Made by a program: the position numbers and the translations under genes. From the IMG/VR virus record IMGVR_UViG_3300027759_000046, positions 124,001 to 188,000 of that record: a stretch of 64,000 bases of DNA. One strand, 5' to 3'. This document shows positions 34,688 through 43,861 of this stretch, in pieces. The notes under the pieces are model-generated. The model ran no database searches, was not told the origin of the DNA, and saw nothing but the letters and a program-made list of their open reading frames with translations. Each line of letters starts with the position of its first letter. Position 1 is the stretch's first letter.

Positions 34688-35383
34688 TTAAATATTAAGA
34701 TACTTATTTTTGTACACAGTTCCTTCCAAGATTCCGTAATTGACTCTAAATTTTTGAAGCAAGTACGGAAGACTAAGTTGATCCTGTACAGACCAGATGC
34801 AATTATGATAAAACCAGTCCTTAAATAAGTTTAGATCAGGATTCTGCACGGCTCTATTTGAATAGACAAAGGCTCCACATTCAAATAGGGAATCGTCTAT
34901 AAATTTTGGGTCAGCTAGATATGAGGAGACTTGGCCTGCCATATCTTCTCCAGCATATCTGTCAATAATGTATTGTGAATCATTGTTTAGGCGATCGATC
35001 ACGTATTCAAGCTCTAGTTGGATTGACTCTCGAGCAGAGTGCCTAAAGAAACAGGCATCTTTATCTGAACAGGCTTCAACTAGAGACTCTGCTGCTTTTG
35101 GATTGTCAATTCTTAATTTTGAGTCTACCCAAATGTAATAGTCGTAACCTGGAAATTCGGCCCATTGTAGCATCTTTGGCATCTTTGCTCTAAGTCGTGG
35201 ATGCATTGCATTAAGCCGATCCGCTTGATTAACTGTCTTAACTTGATCAGTTGAGGTTAGTGTTGCCAAGTTATCCGAAATCCGGTTAACCGTTATGTCA
35301 AGAGCATTAGACTCCTGTTGAACAATGTTATCGGGCAATGAACTACCAAATGAAGCGCTAGTTATTAATACTCGAGGTCTCAT
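34688..35383 (-). CDS. Putative glycosyltransferase (DUF616-like)
   Basis: AKMPK...YIWVDS...FRHSARESI...QDQLSLPY. Confidence 0.7.
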   Translation of the reverse strand: MRPRVLITSASFGSSLPDNIVQQESNALDITVNRISDNLATLTSTDQVKTVNQADRLNAMHPRLRAKMPKMLQWAEFPGYDYYIWVDSKLRIDNPKAAESLVEACSDKDACFFRHSARESIQLELEYVIDRLNNDSQYIIDRYAGEDMAGQVSSYLADPKFIDDSLFECGAFVYSNRAVQNPDLNLFKDWFYHNCIWSVQDQLSLPYLLQKFRVNYGILEGTVYKNKYLNI

Positions 35384-35937
35384 CTTAGTGCCATGTGCCA
35401 GCCGTATGGCCCGATATTTCTGATTGTAAAGCCGTTGCTGTTTATCAAATGGAACGATGCTTCAGTTAAAGACTTCCAGGCAGGATTCAGCCAATCATGG
35501 AAGCTTACAATTAGCTGATCAATCTTTGCAAAATCTTCAGTATCCATTGAGTGTAGTAACGGAAACTCGGCACCTTCAATATTCATTTTTAAGATTGAGA
35601 TCCTGTCTATTTCAAATTGCTTACAAAAACTCTTCCAGCTTAAAGAAGGAGTCCATTCTCCAGAGCTATCGCCGGTTGCAATGCTAGATGCGTCATTATC
35701 GAAATTCATTTTAACTTGGCCGTCAAAACTGCCAACTATTCCTTTAAATAGTTCAGCTCCTTCCGGCATAGTTTTTTCGAATGGATCTGCTCCGATTACT
35801 CTCTTTTTACCAATAAATGGTGCTGACCAATTCCAGTGAACGCAACCTAAATCAATGATGCAGCCATCGTGTTCAAAGGCCCTAGGGTCTATTCTTGAGT
35901 AATTTTCGCCAGGAATAGTTTGAATTAAATTGTCCAA
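35380..35937 (-). CDS. FkbM-like methyltransferase
   Basis: IDLG...GADP...LKMNIEGAE...Q...SFH. Confidence 0.65.
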   Translation of the reverse strand: MDNLIQTIPGENYSRIDPRAFEHDGCIIDLGCVHWNWSAPFIGKKRVIGADPFEKTMPEGAELFKGIVGSFDGQVKMNFDNDASSIATGDSSGEWTPSLSWKSFCKQFEIDRISILKMNIEGAEFPLLHSMDTEDFAKIDQLIVSFHDWLNPAWKSLTEASFHLINSNGFTIRNIGPYGWHMALR

Positions 35938-35941
35938 TTAG

Positions 35942-36694
35942 TTAGCTATTATTTTTAATAAACTCTCGCAATAGGAGAGAATAGTCTTTTTTCCAATTAG
36001 GTCTAAGTGTAACTTGACCGGTTGGAATTTGGCCAGCGGCTCTCAATGATTCAACATGGTCCGAGTGTCTTGTTATAACATTAGGTCTCTCGTCATTGTC
36101 TGTTCCCAGTCCGCTCATGTGATATCCTCGACCACCCCACATGTAGAACCAGCTAACTTCATTGTCGGCTGGGCTGGCTAATACAATATTACGGCTTGCG
36201 TTCTTGATTGCAATAACAAATGTCATATCATAACCTGCATTTTCAAGAGGATGGCCACCTAATTGTTCCCAAATTCTTTTGCTGTACACAATACCTGAGT
36301 TTCCAAGACCGGTGATTGCGCTAATATTTGGTTCGTTGAATAGGACTCCACGTTCCCAGTGTAATAGGTCAGAGCCTTCAGTAAAGAACTTGGCAATGTT
36401 TGTGAGATGGTTAGGCATAGCAACATCATCATCATCCCAAACAGCAATGATATCAGCTGAACACTTAGAGACTGCAAAGTTCTCCTTTTCGCCAATCGTT
36501 TCAAACGTTTGATCTAAATTGTAGATCTTCACATCGGGATGATCGTACTCTAATTTTTGTAGAGGATAGTCATTTACAATAATGAGTTCCTTTTTACCAG
36601 GATACTCTTGTTTAATAAATGATTCTATGCTCTCTTCTAATAAATTAACACGACCGTAAGTAATACACTTACACGAAATAAAAGGATACTCCAT
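35942..36694 (-). CDS. Glycosyltransferase family 2
   Basis: ITYGR...F..Q.Y...ELIIVND...WDDDD. Confidence 0.85.
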   Translation of the reverse strand: MEYPFISCKCITYGRVNLLEESIESFIKQEYPGKKELIIVNDYPLQKLEYDHPDVKIYNLDQTFETIGEKENFAVSKCSADIIAVWDDDDVAMPNHLTNIAKFFTEGSDLLHWERGVLFNEPNISAITGLGNSGIVYSKRIWEQLGGHPLENAGYDMTFVIAIKNASRNIVLASPADNEVSWFYMWGGRGYHMSGLGTDNDERPNVITRHSDHVESLRAAGQIPTGQVTLRPNWKKDYSLLLREFIKNNS

Positions 36695-36716
36695 TAAGTT
36701 GATTTGTTTATTTTAT

Positions 36717-36944
36717 TTATAGGGGCTCAACTACCTCACCATTAACTAGAAATCCCTTAACATCTGGAGTTGTCTCAAGAACTCGGTTAATGTAGGCTTG
36801 TGGATTCTTGATGTTTGTGTACACAATGTTTGAGCCATTCGCGGTGATCACCGTTACCTCCGATCCGCCTGGTGTCAGACTTAGTTGATTGACTCTGAAT
36901 TCTGGTTTTACTCGTATTTCGTTTAAGTTATTATGCTGTTCCAT
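36717..36944 (-). CDS. Hypothetical protein
   Basis: 75-aa ORF. Confidence 0.7.
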   Translation of the reverse strand: MEQHNNLNEIRVKPEFRVNQLSLTPGGSEVTVITANGSNIVYTNIKNPQAYINRVLETTPDVKGFLVNGEVVEPL

Positions 36945-37125
36945 TTGGTGGTCGGTTATTTAGTAGGTATGAAATAATAAAGACGGTTAGCATAATTGGC
37001 CATAGCACAACCAAGATTACTCGAGCCAATACATCGGTATCTGCAAGAGATTTAACTGGGGCTTGGTTATCAAGCCATTCAAAAAGGGCTCCCCATAGGA
37101 GCCCTATTATAAAGTATATAAGCAT
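36931..37125 (-). CDS. Two-TM membrane protein
   Basis: Two hydrophobic helices. Confidence 0.65.
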   Translation of the reverse strand: MLIYFIIGLLWGALFEWLDNQAPVKSLADTDVLARVILVVLWPIMLTVFIISYLLNNRPPNGTA

Positions 37126-37133
37126 GTAATTTA

Positions 37134-37724
37134 TTATGGTGCGTAAAGAATTGTTGGATTGTCCTTATGAACATCAACGTACGCGCATTCTGATTTGAAT
37201 TTCTGTAAGTTGAATGGAGACGTTATAAGATGCTTACCGTTTGGTGTTGGGATCTCCGCATATATCATTCCACCCATATCGTTTTGTTCCCATAAGTCTA
37301 GGATAATTGACTTAATGAACTGTTCGTCATTGTCAGTAGTTCCATCTAAATCGATTAACCATTTCTTTTCTGGATCAGAATGAAATTCTCCGCAAACTGA
37401 TGGGTAGATATTACGAGCAGCTTTAGTATCGCCGCTAATCAGCAAGTCAGTTAATCGCTTCATCATCATTAACGCGATCTTATCAGTATGCCTAACGTTC
37501 AGACGAATGTAGGCTCTAGCATTATAGGCTTCGCAATCCTTGATGATACATTCTTCAAGTCGAGCCAAATCGTTTTGAGAGTACAGATAATAATCACGAA
37601 TGACTTTCATATCCACTTCCATATCAGGATTGTCTTTACGACGCTGATATATCTGAATAAAATAGAAGTTGCCAGGTTCATTGAACCTTAAAAACTCCTG
37701 TATTTGTTGAAAGTTATTTGTCAT
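37134..37724 (-). CDS. Putative AEP (primase-polymerase superfamily)-like protein
   Basis: WLIDLD (DxD) and IPTPNGKHL (TxxGxH) motifs. Confidence 0.5.
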   Translation of the reverse strand: MTNNFQQIQEFLRFNEPGNFYFIQIYQRRKDNPDMEVDMKVIRDYYLYSQNDLARLEECIIKDCEAYNARAYIRLNVRHTDKIALMMMKRLTDLLISGDTKAARNIYPSVCGEFHSDPEKKWLIDLDGTTDNDEQFIKSIILDLWEQNDMGGMIYAEIPTPNGKHLITSPFNLQKFKSECAYVDVHKDNPTILYAP

Positions 37725-37767
37725 GATCTATTTTTATTATATTATACTCTCTTCTGCTTGAATTTGG

Positions 37768-37971
37768 TTATCCAAATTTTGCAATGCTTTTGTACTTCTT
37801 CTTGATATCTTCAATCTCTCGCATTGCCTCGTTAAACTTGCCCTTGATCTCATCGTTCACTGTGAAGTCTAATATGGTTTGACAGCTTGGGCAAACTGAA
37901 ACCGGGTGTTTCATTATGAATTGCAGGTCTATGCCTAATGGGGTTCTACATGCTGGACAAGGTAATGGCAT
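37768..37971 (-). CDS. Double CxxC Zn-finger protein
   Basis: CPAC...CPSC. Confidence 0.7.
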   Translation of the reverse strand: MPLPCPACRTPLGIDLQFIMKHPVSVCPSCQTILDFTVNDEIKGKFNEAMREIEDIKKKYKSIAKFG

Positions 37972-37972
37972 G

Positions 37973-38740
37973 CTATATTGTTTTGTCAGTATGACTCACG
38001 TCATCTAATTTTTGAATTAGCATCTCAACTAGTCTGGAAACTGCTTCAGGTTTTTCGTCCTTTTTGAATTTAACTTTAACGGTTGCCATGCCAGCTTTGT
38101 TATCCGAGTTTGGCGAATTACTGTCAACCGAAATATTTGTTACAGTATGAGTGTAGTCAGATGCAGTTGCAACTCCTAGTAGTTTACACGTTGCATCGTC
38201 AGCTTCGCCAGTCTGTGGAATCTTGTGCTTCAATTGATATAACATTAGAGCCTCTCTAGCCTTGGGCCCAATAACTCCATCGACTCCATTCTTTTTGGCG
38301 CCAGTTTTTCCAAGCATAGTCTTATATGGATCGCCTAACTTAACTAAGGCTTCTTGAACTCCACGAATTGTCTGATCTTCAATCTTCTTAAAGATCGGCA
38401 AAACATTTTCCTTAAGACTAGACGGAGTTCTATCATCGGATGCGAGCAATCGGATATCGAAATTAATATCTAATTCTTCTAGCCCCATTGAAGAATGGTC
38501 TGCTAAAATATAGAGCGGAATTTCCAAGGTCTTGTCGCCAAGCAGGAATGTTTTAGTAAGAGGTTCGCCATCTGGGGTAAAGTACTTTGCAATAGTATTG
38601 ATGTGCTGTCTTTCCTGAATACCTAGAACTATCAGTGCTGCTTCTTGTAGACCGCCCAATAATTCTTCTAGATTGATTTTAGCCATAATTATGTGATTTG
38701 TATTAATAATTATACTACTTAAGCTGAATCGGTTTAACAA
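37973..38740 (-). CDS. DUF2589-like protein with inserted peptidoglycan-binding domain
   Basis: L.ELL.GLQEA...P...LADHSS..L.EL; insert VQEALVKLG...DGVIGPKAREAL..YQ...PQTG.AD..T. Confidence 0.65.
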   Translation of the reverse strand: MLNRFSLSSIIINTNHIIMAKINLEELLGGLQEAALIVLGIQERQHINTIAKYFTPDGEPLTKTFLLGDKTLEIPLYILADHSSMGLEELDINFDIRLLASDDRTPSSLKENVLPIFKKIEDQTIRGVQEALVKLGDPYKTMLGKTGAKKNGVDGVIGPKAREALMLYQLKHKIPQTGEADDATCKLLGVATASDYTHTVTNISVDSNSPNSDNKAGMATVKVKFKKDEKPEAVSRLVEMLIQKLDDVSHTDKTI

Positions 38741-38742
38741 AA

Positions 38743-38768
38743 AAAGAGACCAGTTAACTGGTCTCTTT
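38743..38768. terminator. Bidirectional intrinsic terminator
   Basis: AAAGAGACCAG-TTAA-CTGGTCTCTTT. Confidence 0.8.
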
Positions 38769-38791
38769 AAGGTCTATTGTCCGAGTACTGA

Positions 38792-39388
38792 TTACTTGTT
38801 TGGATCAGCAGTAAGAGGAATCAAAGAAGGCTCTAACATTTGAGTCAAATAGTCAGAAAGCTTTAACATACCTTCAGTTGCAGGCAATTGCTCAGCGTGT
38901 ACTTTTACATTGTACTTTGCAGAGTTATCTGTGCTACGAGTGTTCTCTTTATGAGTCGCAACTTTACCAGCCATGCTCACCGAGTACTTCATTCCCCAGA
39001 ATCCGCCAGAAGCAGAAGCTTGAATTGAAGATTCAGTATCAGTACTTGATTTGTCTACTTCAGAAGTTTTTACTTCCATTGTGAATTCAATATCAGCTGA
39101 TGTAATAGCCAATGAAGGAAGTGGAACTAAAGGTAACATAGGAACCTTTGAGTATAGGGTTTGAACTTTTTGTTCGCCAGTAGTACCGTCAGTAACAACT
39201 CTGTTCATTTCAACATCTAAAGAGCGAGCTTGAGTTTTGCCGTCTTTGTCTGTTACGAATGCAACTTCAGAAATATATTTCCAAGTTACATCGTTTAATT
39301 TTGCTTGTCCTTTTGCCATACCAATAATAGGAGACACAATAAGGTCTTCAATTGGTAATCCAGCAAATTGTTGTGCGATGTCTGCCAT
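38792..39388 (-). CDS. DUF2589-like protein
   Basis: FAGLP.EDLI..P...AK.Q..L; VP.LPLVPLP.L.I...I.F.MEV; AKYNVKVHA.Q.P..EG...L.D. Confidence 0.7.
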   Translation of the reverse strand: MADIAQQFAGLPIEDLIVSPIIGMAKGQAKLNDVTWKYISEVAFVTDKDGKTQARSLDVEMNRVVTDGTTGEQKVQTLYSKVPMLPLVPLPSLAITSADIEFTMEVKTSEVDKSSTDTESSIQASASGGFWGMKYSVSMAGKVATHKENTRSTDNSAKYNVKVHAEQLPATEGMLKLSDYLTQMLEPSLIPLTADPNK

Positions 39389-39430
39389 TTTTAATCTGGT
39401 TTTCTAGTTATTTATCTGGCTGGAGTGTCA

Positions 39431-39769
39431 CTATTTCCACACCAATTGAATAACTAGAATCGCTAGACCGAGCAGTAGGCAAACCCAAGTCTTGGTGTTT
39501 AGACCTTCAGCGAATAGAAATTGAGCCATCACAGTGAAGACAAAGATACCAATTGTGAACCCAATTAATCGACTGGGCCAAATTGTACCATCGAATGCAA
39601 TAACGAAATGCTTAACCGAATTCATGAAGAGCCACGAAATCGGAATACCCATTAGGATAAGCCAATTGCGATTCTCTTTAAATGATTCCCATTTTAGCGG
39701 GCCCTGTAGTTGAATGAATGTTAGCGACTGAGCGATCAATCCATAAAGAAACCCCAAAAATAGATTCAT
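39431..39769 (-). CDS. Four-TM membrane protein
   Basis: Four hydrophobic helices (small multidrug/DMT-like size). Confidence 0.7.
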   Translation of the reverse strand: MNLFLGFLYGLIAQSLTFIQLQGPLKWESFKENRNWLILMGIPISWLFMNSVKHFVIAFDGTIWPSRLIGFTIGIFVFTVMAQFLFAEGLNTKTWVCLLLGLAILVIQLVWK

Positions 39770-39770
39770 G

Positions 39771-39908
39771 TTAAAATAACTTAGAGATTAGGTAGACAAC
39801 ACCGAAACCAATTCCGAATGCTATCATAATGAATGTTGCGGCATGTGCGTAATCGACCTGGTCTTTACGCTTTCCTTGCCAATCGTTTGGATCAAACTGC
39901 TTATCCAT
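39771..39908 (-). CDS. Small membrane protein (45 aa, not in ORF track)
   Basis: MDKQFDPNDWQGKRKDQVDYAHAATFIMIAFGIGFGVVYLISKLF. Confidence 0.65.
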   Translation of the reverse strand: MDKQFDPNDWQGKRKDQVDYAHAATFIMIAFGIGFGVVYLISKLF

Positions 39909-40002
39909 AAATTACAGCGATCATAGTTATGCCACTAAACCATATTAATGCAGCGACTGCTGCGATCCAATCTTGCTTGGACCAATGTCTTATACTTTTC
40001 AT
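39901..40002 (-). CDS. Small membrane peptide (33 aa, not in ORF track)
   Basis: MKSIRHWSKQDWIAAVAALIWFSGITMIAVIYG; follows a class II promoter. Confidence 0.55.
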   Translation of the reverse strand: MKSIRHWSKQDWIAAVAALIWFSGITMIAVIYG

Positions 40003-40030
40003 ATTAAATCTTGTTTATAGACTTAATATA

Positions 40031-41380
40031 CTAAAGGTCAGATAGATTGGTCTCGGCCCATTCGGCCCAATTGCTGAATACGGTAGTTGGTTGCTGTTCT
40101 CTATTTTTGTAGATCAGCTCTACTTTTATGTCGATCTCGTCGTTCTGGTTGAGCTCAGAAAGTTTTGCGTTAATTTCAGGCTCAAGAATATCAAGGCTCT
40201 CAACTGGCCCACGGCAGCTGAATTTAACGTGATTTACTGGATCCGTATATCGTAGGCTGTACGGCATAAACACGGTTAAATAGACACCAAGTTCTTTGGC
40301 TCTCTCCTTGATTTCGGTGTACATTCCCTTGAGCACTGTCAAGTATTTTAAACGGCCCTTACGTAGTTGGGAGATAGGGCCATCTACTACAACAGACAAT
40401 GCATTAATCTCAAACCCAGTTGGGTCCATTAGCCCTAGTCTAAATAGTCTAAGCTTTTGGTTAATTGAAGTAGATTCGTTTATCGGCTCTTCATCAATTA
40501 CCTCTCTAAGCCATGGATACCAAATTGAATCTGCTTGATACGGATATGCTTTGATTGGTGAAATGCCTGACATTGCAAGCTCAGGTAAATTACTGAATAC
40601 TTGAGCTGACCACTCAGGCATGTGCCATAGCCGGGAGCTAACTGTTTGATCGTCAGTTGACTTGCCGGCATAGGGCTTGGATTGTATTGACCTGCCAGCA
40701 TAGGAATTGGATTGTATTACTCCAAACCTCTTAACGAATTTTTTAAACTCTTTAAATTTAGCAGTATTGGTATGAGCCGGGAATCCCAGATCAGGATCAG
40801 TGGGCTCGCTCTGAGTTTCAATCTGAACCAGGTTAATTCGGCCAGTTAGACCCAATCTGTCAAGTCTTTTCCACCTATTGAATTTTTCAATTGCGTCTTC
40901 TATTGAAGTTGCCTGCGTAGCGTGCTCAACTGACTCGTTAAGCTTGGGCTTCTGCATTGAGCCTGTACCGACCAGTTCACGAGTATATGGATCGTAGAAC
41001 TGACCCTCTTCTCGTAAGTGTAATAGATCCCATCTGCCAGCACGGGCCTCGCGAATTAGGTGATCAAATATTTCGTCAGAGTCTCCTTCTTGACCAAACC
41101 ACTCTTTCCAATCTGACCAAATATCGTCAATACTCTCCTGCCAACCATCATGGTTGTCGCTAACTGGCCAGTTATCGTAATCGTACAGAGTAAATAGTGG
41201 ACCCTGTGCTACGTAATGATCTTTGTGCTTGGTGTCTGCGAAATCATCTAATGATTCCCAGTGTACAGTAACGCTCAGCACTTTTAAACCTGAGTCAGAG
41301 AGACCTAACTGTACCAGTCTAAACTTCTTCTTTGCAGTAGACGGCTGATGTAGATCTTCGTATAGTTTAAGGTACTTCAA
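40031..41380 (-). CDS. Three-module protein with CTS-like start and three RLxxLGL tags
   Basis: TTG start; LYE...RLVQLGL; LNE...RLDRLGL; INE...RLFRLGL. Confidence 0.75.
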   Translation of the reverse strand: MKYLKLYEDLHQPSTAKKKFRLVQLGLSDSGLKVLSVTVHWESLDDFADTKHKDHYVAQGPLFTLYDYDNWPVSDNHDGWQESIDDIWSDWKEWFGQEGDSDEIFDHLIREARAGRWDLLHLREEGQFYDPYTRELVGTGSMQKPKLNESVEHATQATSIEDAIEKFNRWKRLDRLGLTGRINLVQIETQSEPTDPDLGFPAHTNTAKFKEFKKFVKRFGVIQSNSYAGRSIQSKPYAGKSTDDQTVSSRLWHMPEWSAQVFSNLPELAMSGISPIKAYPYQADSIWYPWLREVIDEEPINESTSINQKLRLFRLGLMDPTGFEINALSVVVDGPISQLRKGRLKYLTVLKGMYTEIKERAKELGVYLTVFMPYSLRYTDPVNHVKFSCRGPVESLDILEPEINAKLSELNQNDEIDIKVELIYKNREQQPTTVFSNWAEWAETNLSDL

Positions 41381-41390
41381 GTTAACCAGA

Positions 41391-41768
41391 TTATATTTTA
41401 TAGAAATGAATGCCTGTTACTGGATTAATGTCCGCAACTCCTTTTGCTGCTTTTTGTAAAATATCGCTAACTTGCGAGAACGTGATTTTTTGTGGATCAA
41501 CACCGCCTTCAACATATCGGTTGAAGATTAGATCGCCATTTGGCTTCTTCACAAGATCTCTAAAATTTAGATCGTATGTCTGAACTAGCGCTGACCCAAC
41601 TACTCTGTATTTTCGAGTAGTATTGTTTGCAGTGATCGCAACAACGTTCTGCTTACCGCCCGATGTGTCCTTCTTCATGGTTGCATCAAGCGGATTTGAA
41701 TAGGTTATTGCGGTCGCCGTTGAAACTGATTCAGAGTCTTCGTATAGTTTAAGGTACTTCATAGTCAT
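41391..41768 (-). CDS. Protein with CTS-like N-terminus
   Basis: MKYLKLYE; shares the 23-nt DNA TGAAGTACCTTAAACTATACGAA with the 41380 gene. Confidence 0.75.
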   Translation of the reverse strand: MTMKYLKLYEDSESVSTATAITYSNPLDATMKKDTSGGKQNVVAITANNTTRKYRVVGSALVQTYDLNFRDLVKKPNGDLIFNRYVEGGVDPQKITFSQVSDILQKAAKGVADINPVTGIHFYKI

Positions 41769-41773
41769 TTTAA

Positions 41774-42529
41774 TTAGTTTGCAGGCTCAGCGATTCCGTC
41801 GATATGATATTGATTTCCGTTAGCGACTGTGAATGTCGGTAGAGTTATAGCTCCAGTTCCAGCAACAGTATCTAATGGATCAGTGCCGGTAGCGCCGCCA
41901 CTAAGATCAATCGTCTTAAGAATCGTGGTTGTTCCGGTTATTAGAGCGTAAACTGTATCGCCAGCTGAGACCGTAATTGTGCCGCTTGCTGATACTCCAG
42001 TATTTGCAACGATTGAACTGTTTTTATAAACCCTAAAGCTTGCTGCAACTGAGCTAGATTTAGAGTAAGACCAGTGCAGAGTCGCTGGAAATAGAGTGGT
42101 TGTCGTCGTTAAGCCGCTATCTGTCGTAGTAGTGGTTGTACCGGACGAGGTCGTTGAAGTAGTTGTGGTCGCAGGAGCCTCAGTCGTTGTTGATGTCGTT
42201 GTTGCTGAGGTCTGGATGTTAGAGCTCAATATGAATACTCCGTCGGTTCCTTCGGCTGGCGTAATTAGTCCGCCTGATCCAAAATCGTATTCGTAATAGA
42301 TTCCAGTAATTCCCATGGTTAGCAGATCTCTAAAGATTTTCTTGTCTGCACTTGATGGAAACTGAATTATGAGCGGGCTCTTTGGCCAGTCTCTAATCCA
42401 TAATTCAATTTCATCTGATCCGCTAACATAATCGTACAAGAGTATGTTATTCGCTGGGTCTGGAATAAAGTAAACGGTAGGTTGACCGTTTACGTAGTTA
42501 ATAATTTGTATTACTTTAGCTGCCGCCAT
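41774..42529 (-). CDS. Thr-rich putative virion surface protein
   Basis: TTTSTTTEAPATTTT linker between globular domains; late promoter at 42557-42566. Confidence 0.75.
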   Translation of the reverse strand: MAAAKVIQIINYVNGQPTVYFIPDPANNILLYDYVSGSDEIELWIRDWPKSPLIIQFPSSADKKIFRDLLTMGITGIYYEYDFGSGGLITPAEGTDGVFILSSNIQTSATTTSTTTEAPATTTTSTTSSGTTTTTTDSGLTTTTTLFPATLHWSYSKSSSVAASFRVYKNSSIVANTGVSASGTITVSAGDTVYALITGTTTILKTIDLSGGATGTDPLDTVAGTGAITLPTFTVANGNQYHIDGIAEPAN

Positions 42530-42571
42530 TATCTGTATTATTTAAAATCGTATAGAGTTATTTATCTAACC

Positions 42572-42814
42572 TTATACTTGTTGAACTGTCCAGTCTGATC
42601 CGCTTAGGATGCCTAGCATCTCAGCATGGGTGTAAGGGCCTTGTGCCGTAGTCAAGTCTGCAATACACGCCGGCGTGTCGCCTTCCCACTTAACGAAAGT
42701 ATTGGTTCCATTTGCGGATTTGCGTAAAGTCTCAGCCGAGGATTCGAGTACTTCAGCGAAATTAATTAGCTGGAGCTCGCTCACGTTAAAGATTAAGTAA
42801 TTTCGGTTTTCCAT
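42572..42814 (-). CDS. Small putative structural protein
   Basis: 80-aa ORF in LamG locus. Confidence 0.7.
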   Translation of the reverse strand: MENRNYLIFNVSELQLINFAEVLESSAETLRKSANGTNTFVKWEGDTPACIADLTTAQGPYTHAEMLGILSGSDWTVQQV

Positions 42815-42832
42815 ATTAAAAAGGTTTTGTTG

Positions 42833-43846
42833 TTATCTAGCAGATTGTGCATTATAATTTTGAAGTATTTCGGCAGCAGTTAGAACTCGATTGTATGCTA
42901 GCACATTACCAATATTCCCATTAAGATAACCCAACGGACTTGCACTTCCAATTCGACCAGCACCAATTGCTAGAGCCTGAGTACTCGAAGAGTTTTCGCT
43001 AATACCTGCATTTGATGAGCTTGAGTTAAGCGATCCGTTTATGTAGAACGCAGCAGTCTTTGTTGAATAGTTATAGGTTACTGCAATATGAGTCCATACA
43101 TTGGTACCAATCGTAGCTGAGCCAGTATCTCTAATATCTTGGTTCGACGTATTCCACCACCAAAGTTTACGATCAGATCCAACCCAAAAGGCCCAACCTC
43201 CGTAGCTTCCGCCTGGATTATCAAATTCCTTGTCAATGATTGCGGTTGGACTAGCAAGAGTTGCACCAAGTTTAACCCATGCACAAAATGTTTTACTTGA
43301 GCCGTCTAGCCCCAAATTCTGATTACCAAAGGTCACGTAATCGTTTGAACCATCAAATACAAGTGATCCTCCTTTTTCAGTACGGTAGGTTGGACCGTTT
43401 GTTAGGGTTCCGGTAGCTGCTGTGTTGCTTACATCGTACCACGAGTTACCTGAGTTGGGATAAGATGCTGTAAACCCTGCATCAACATTTAATACTAGAC
43501 CGTTTGTTACGATCGCTTCGTAATCTCTATTGACGCAGATCTTATCGTTTAGACCGGCATAGTATGCCAAACAGGCAGCGGCCGTTGCATAACCGGCAGG
43601 AGAGGCAACTGAGCCAGCAACATCTCTATTTGTCATGGAGATCAATTGAGAGTCTGACGTTGGACAGTAAATACTTGGACCACCACTTATTTTATTCTGA
43701 TAGATTGTGTAACCTCCGTTTGGTGGAGTTATGCCAGAATAGAATGATGTTCCAAAATCCGCTGATCCTACTCCAATTAGCATGTTTCCCTTTCGAATGC
43801 AGGTGGTTGGCGTAGAACCAGTTGAATATTTTATTAAGTTAGGCAT
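42833..43846 (-). CDS. LamG/concanavalin-like virion protein
   Basis: IKYST...GGYTIY N-module; LVFDGSNDY, WTHIAVT, YNRVLT. Confidence 0.85.
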   Translation of the reverse strand: MPNLIKYSTGSTPTTCIRKGNMLIGVGSADFGTSFYSGITPPNGGYTIYQNKISGGPSIYCPTSDSQLISMTNRDVAGSVASPAGYATAAACLAYYAGLNDKICVNRDYEAIVTNGLVLNVDAGFTASYPNSGNSWYDVSNTAATGTLTNGPTYRTEKGGSLVFDGSNDYVTFGNQNLGLDGSSKTFCAWVKLGATLASPTAIIDKEFDNPGGSYGGWAFWVGSDRKLWWWNTSNQDIRDTGSATIGTNVWTHIAVTYNYSTKTAAFYINGSLNSSSSNAGISENSSSTQALAIGAGRIGSASPLGYLNGNIGNVLAYNRVLTAAEILQNYNAQSAR

Positions 43847-43861
43847 TCATGCTTAATTATT

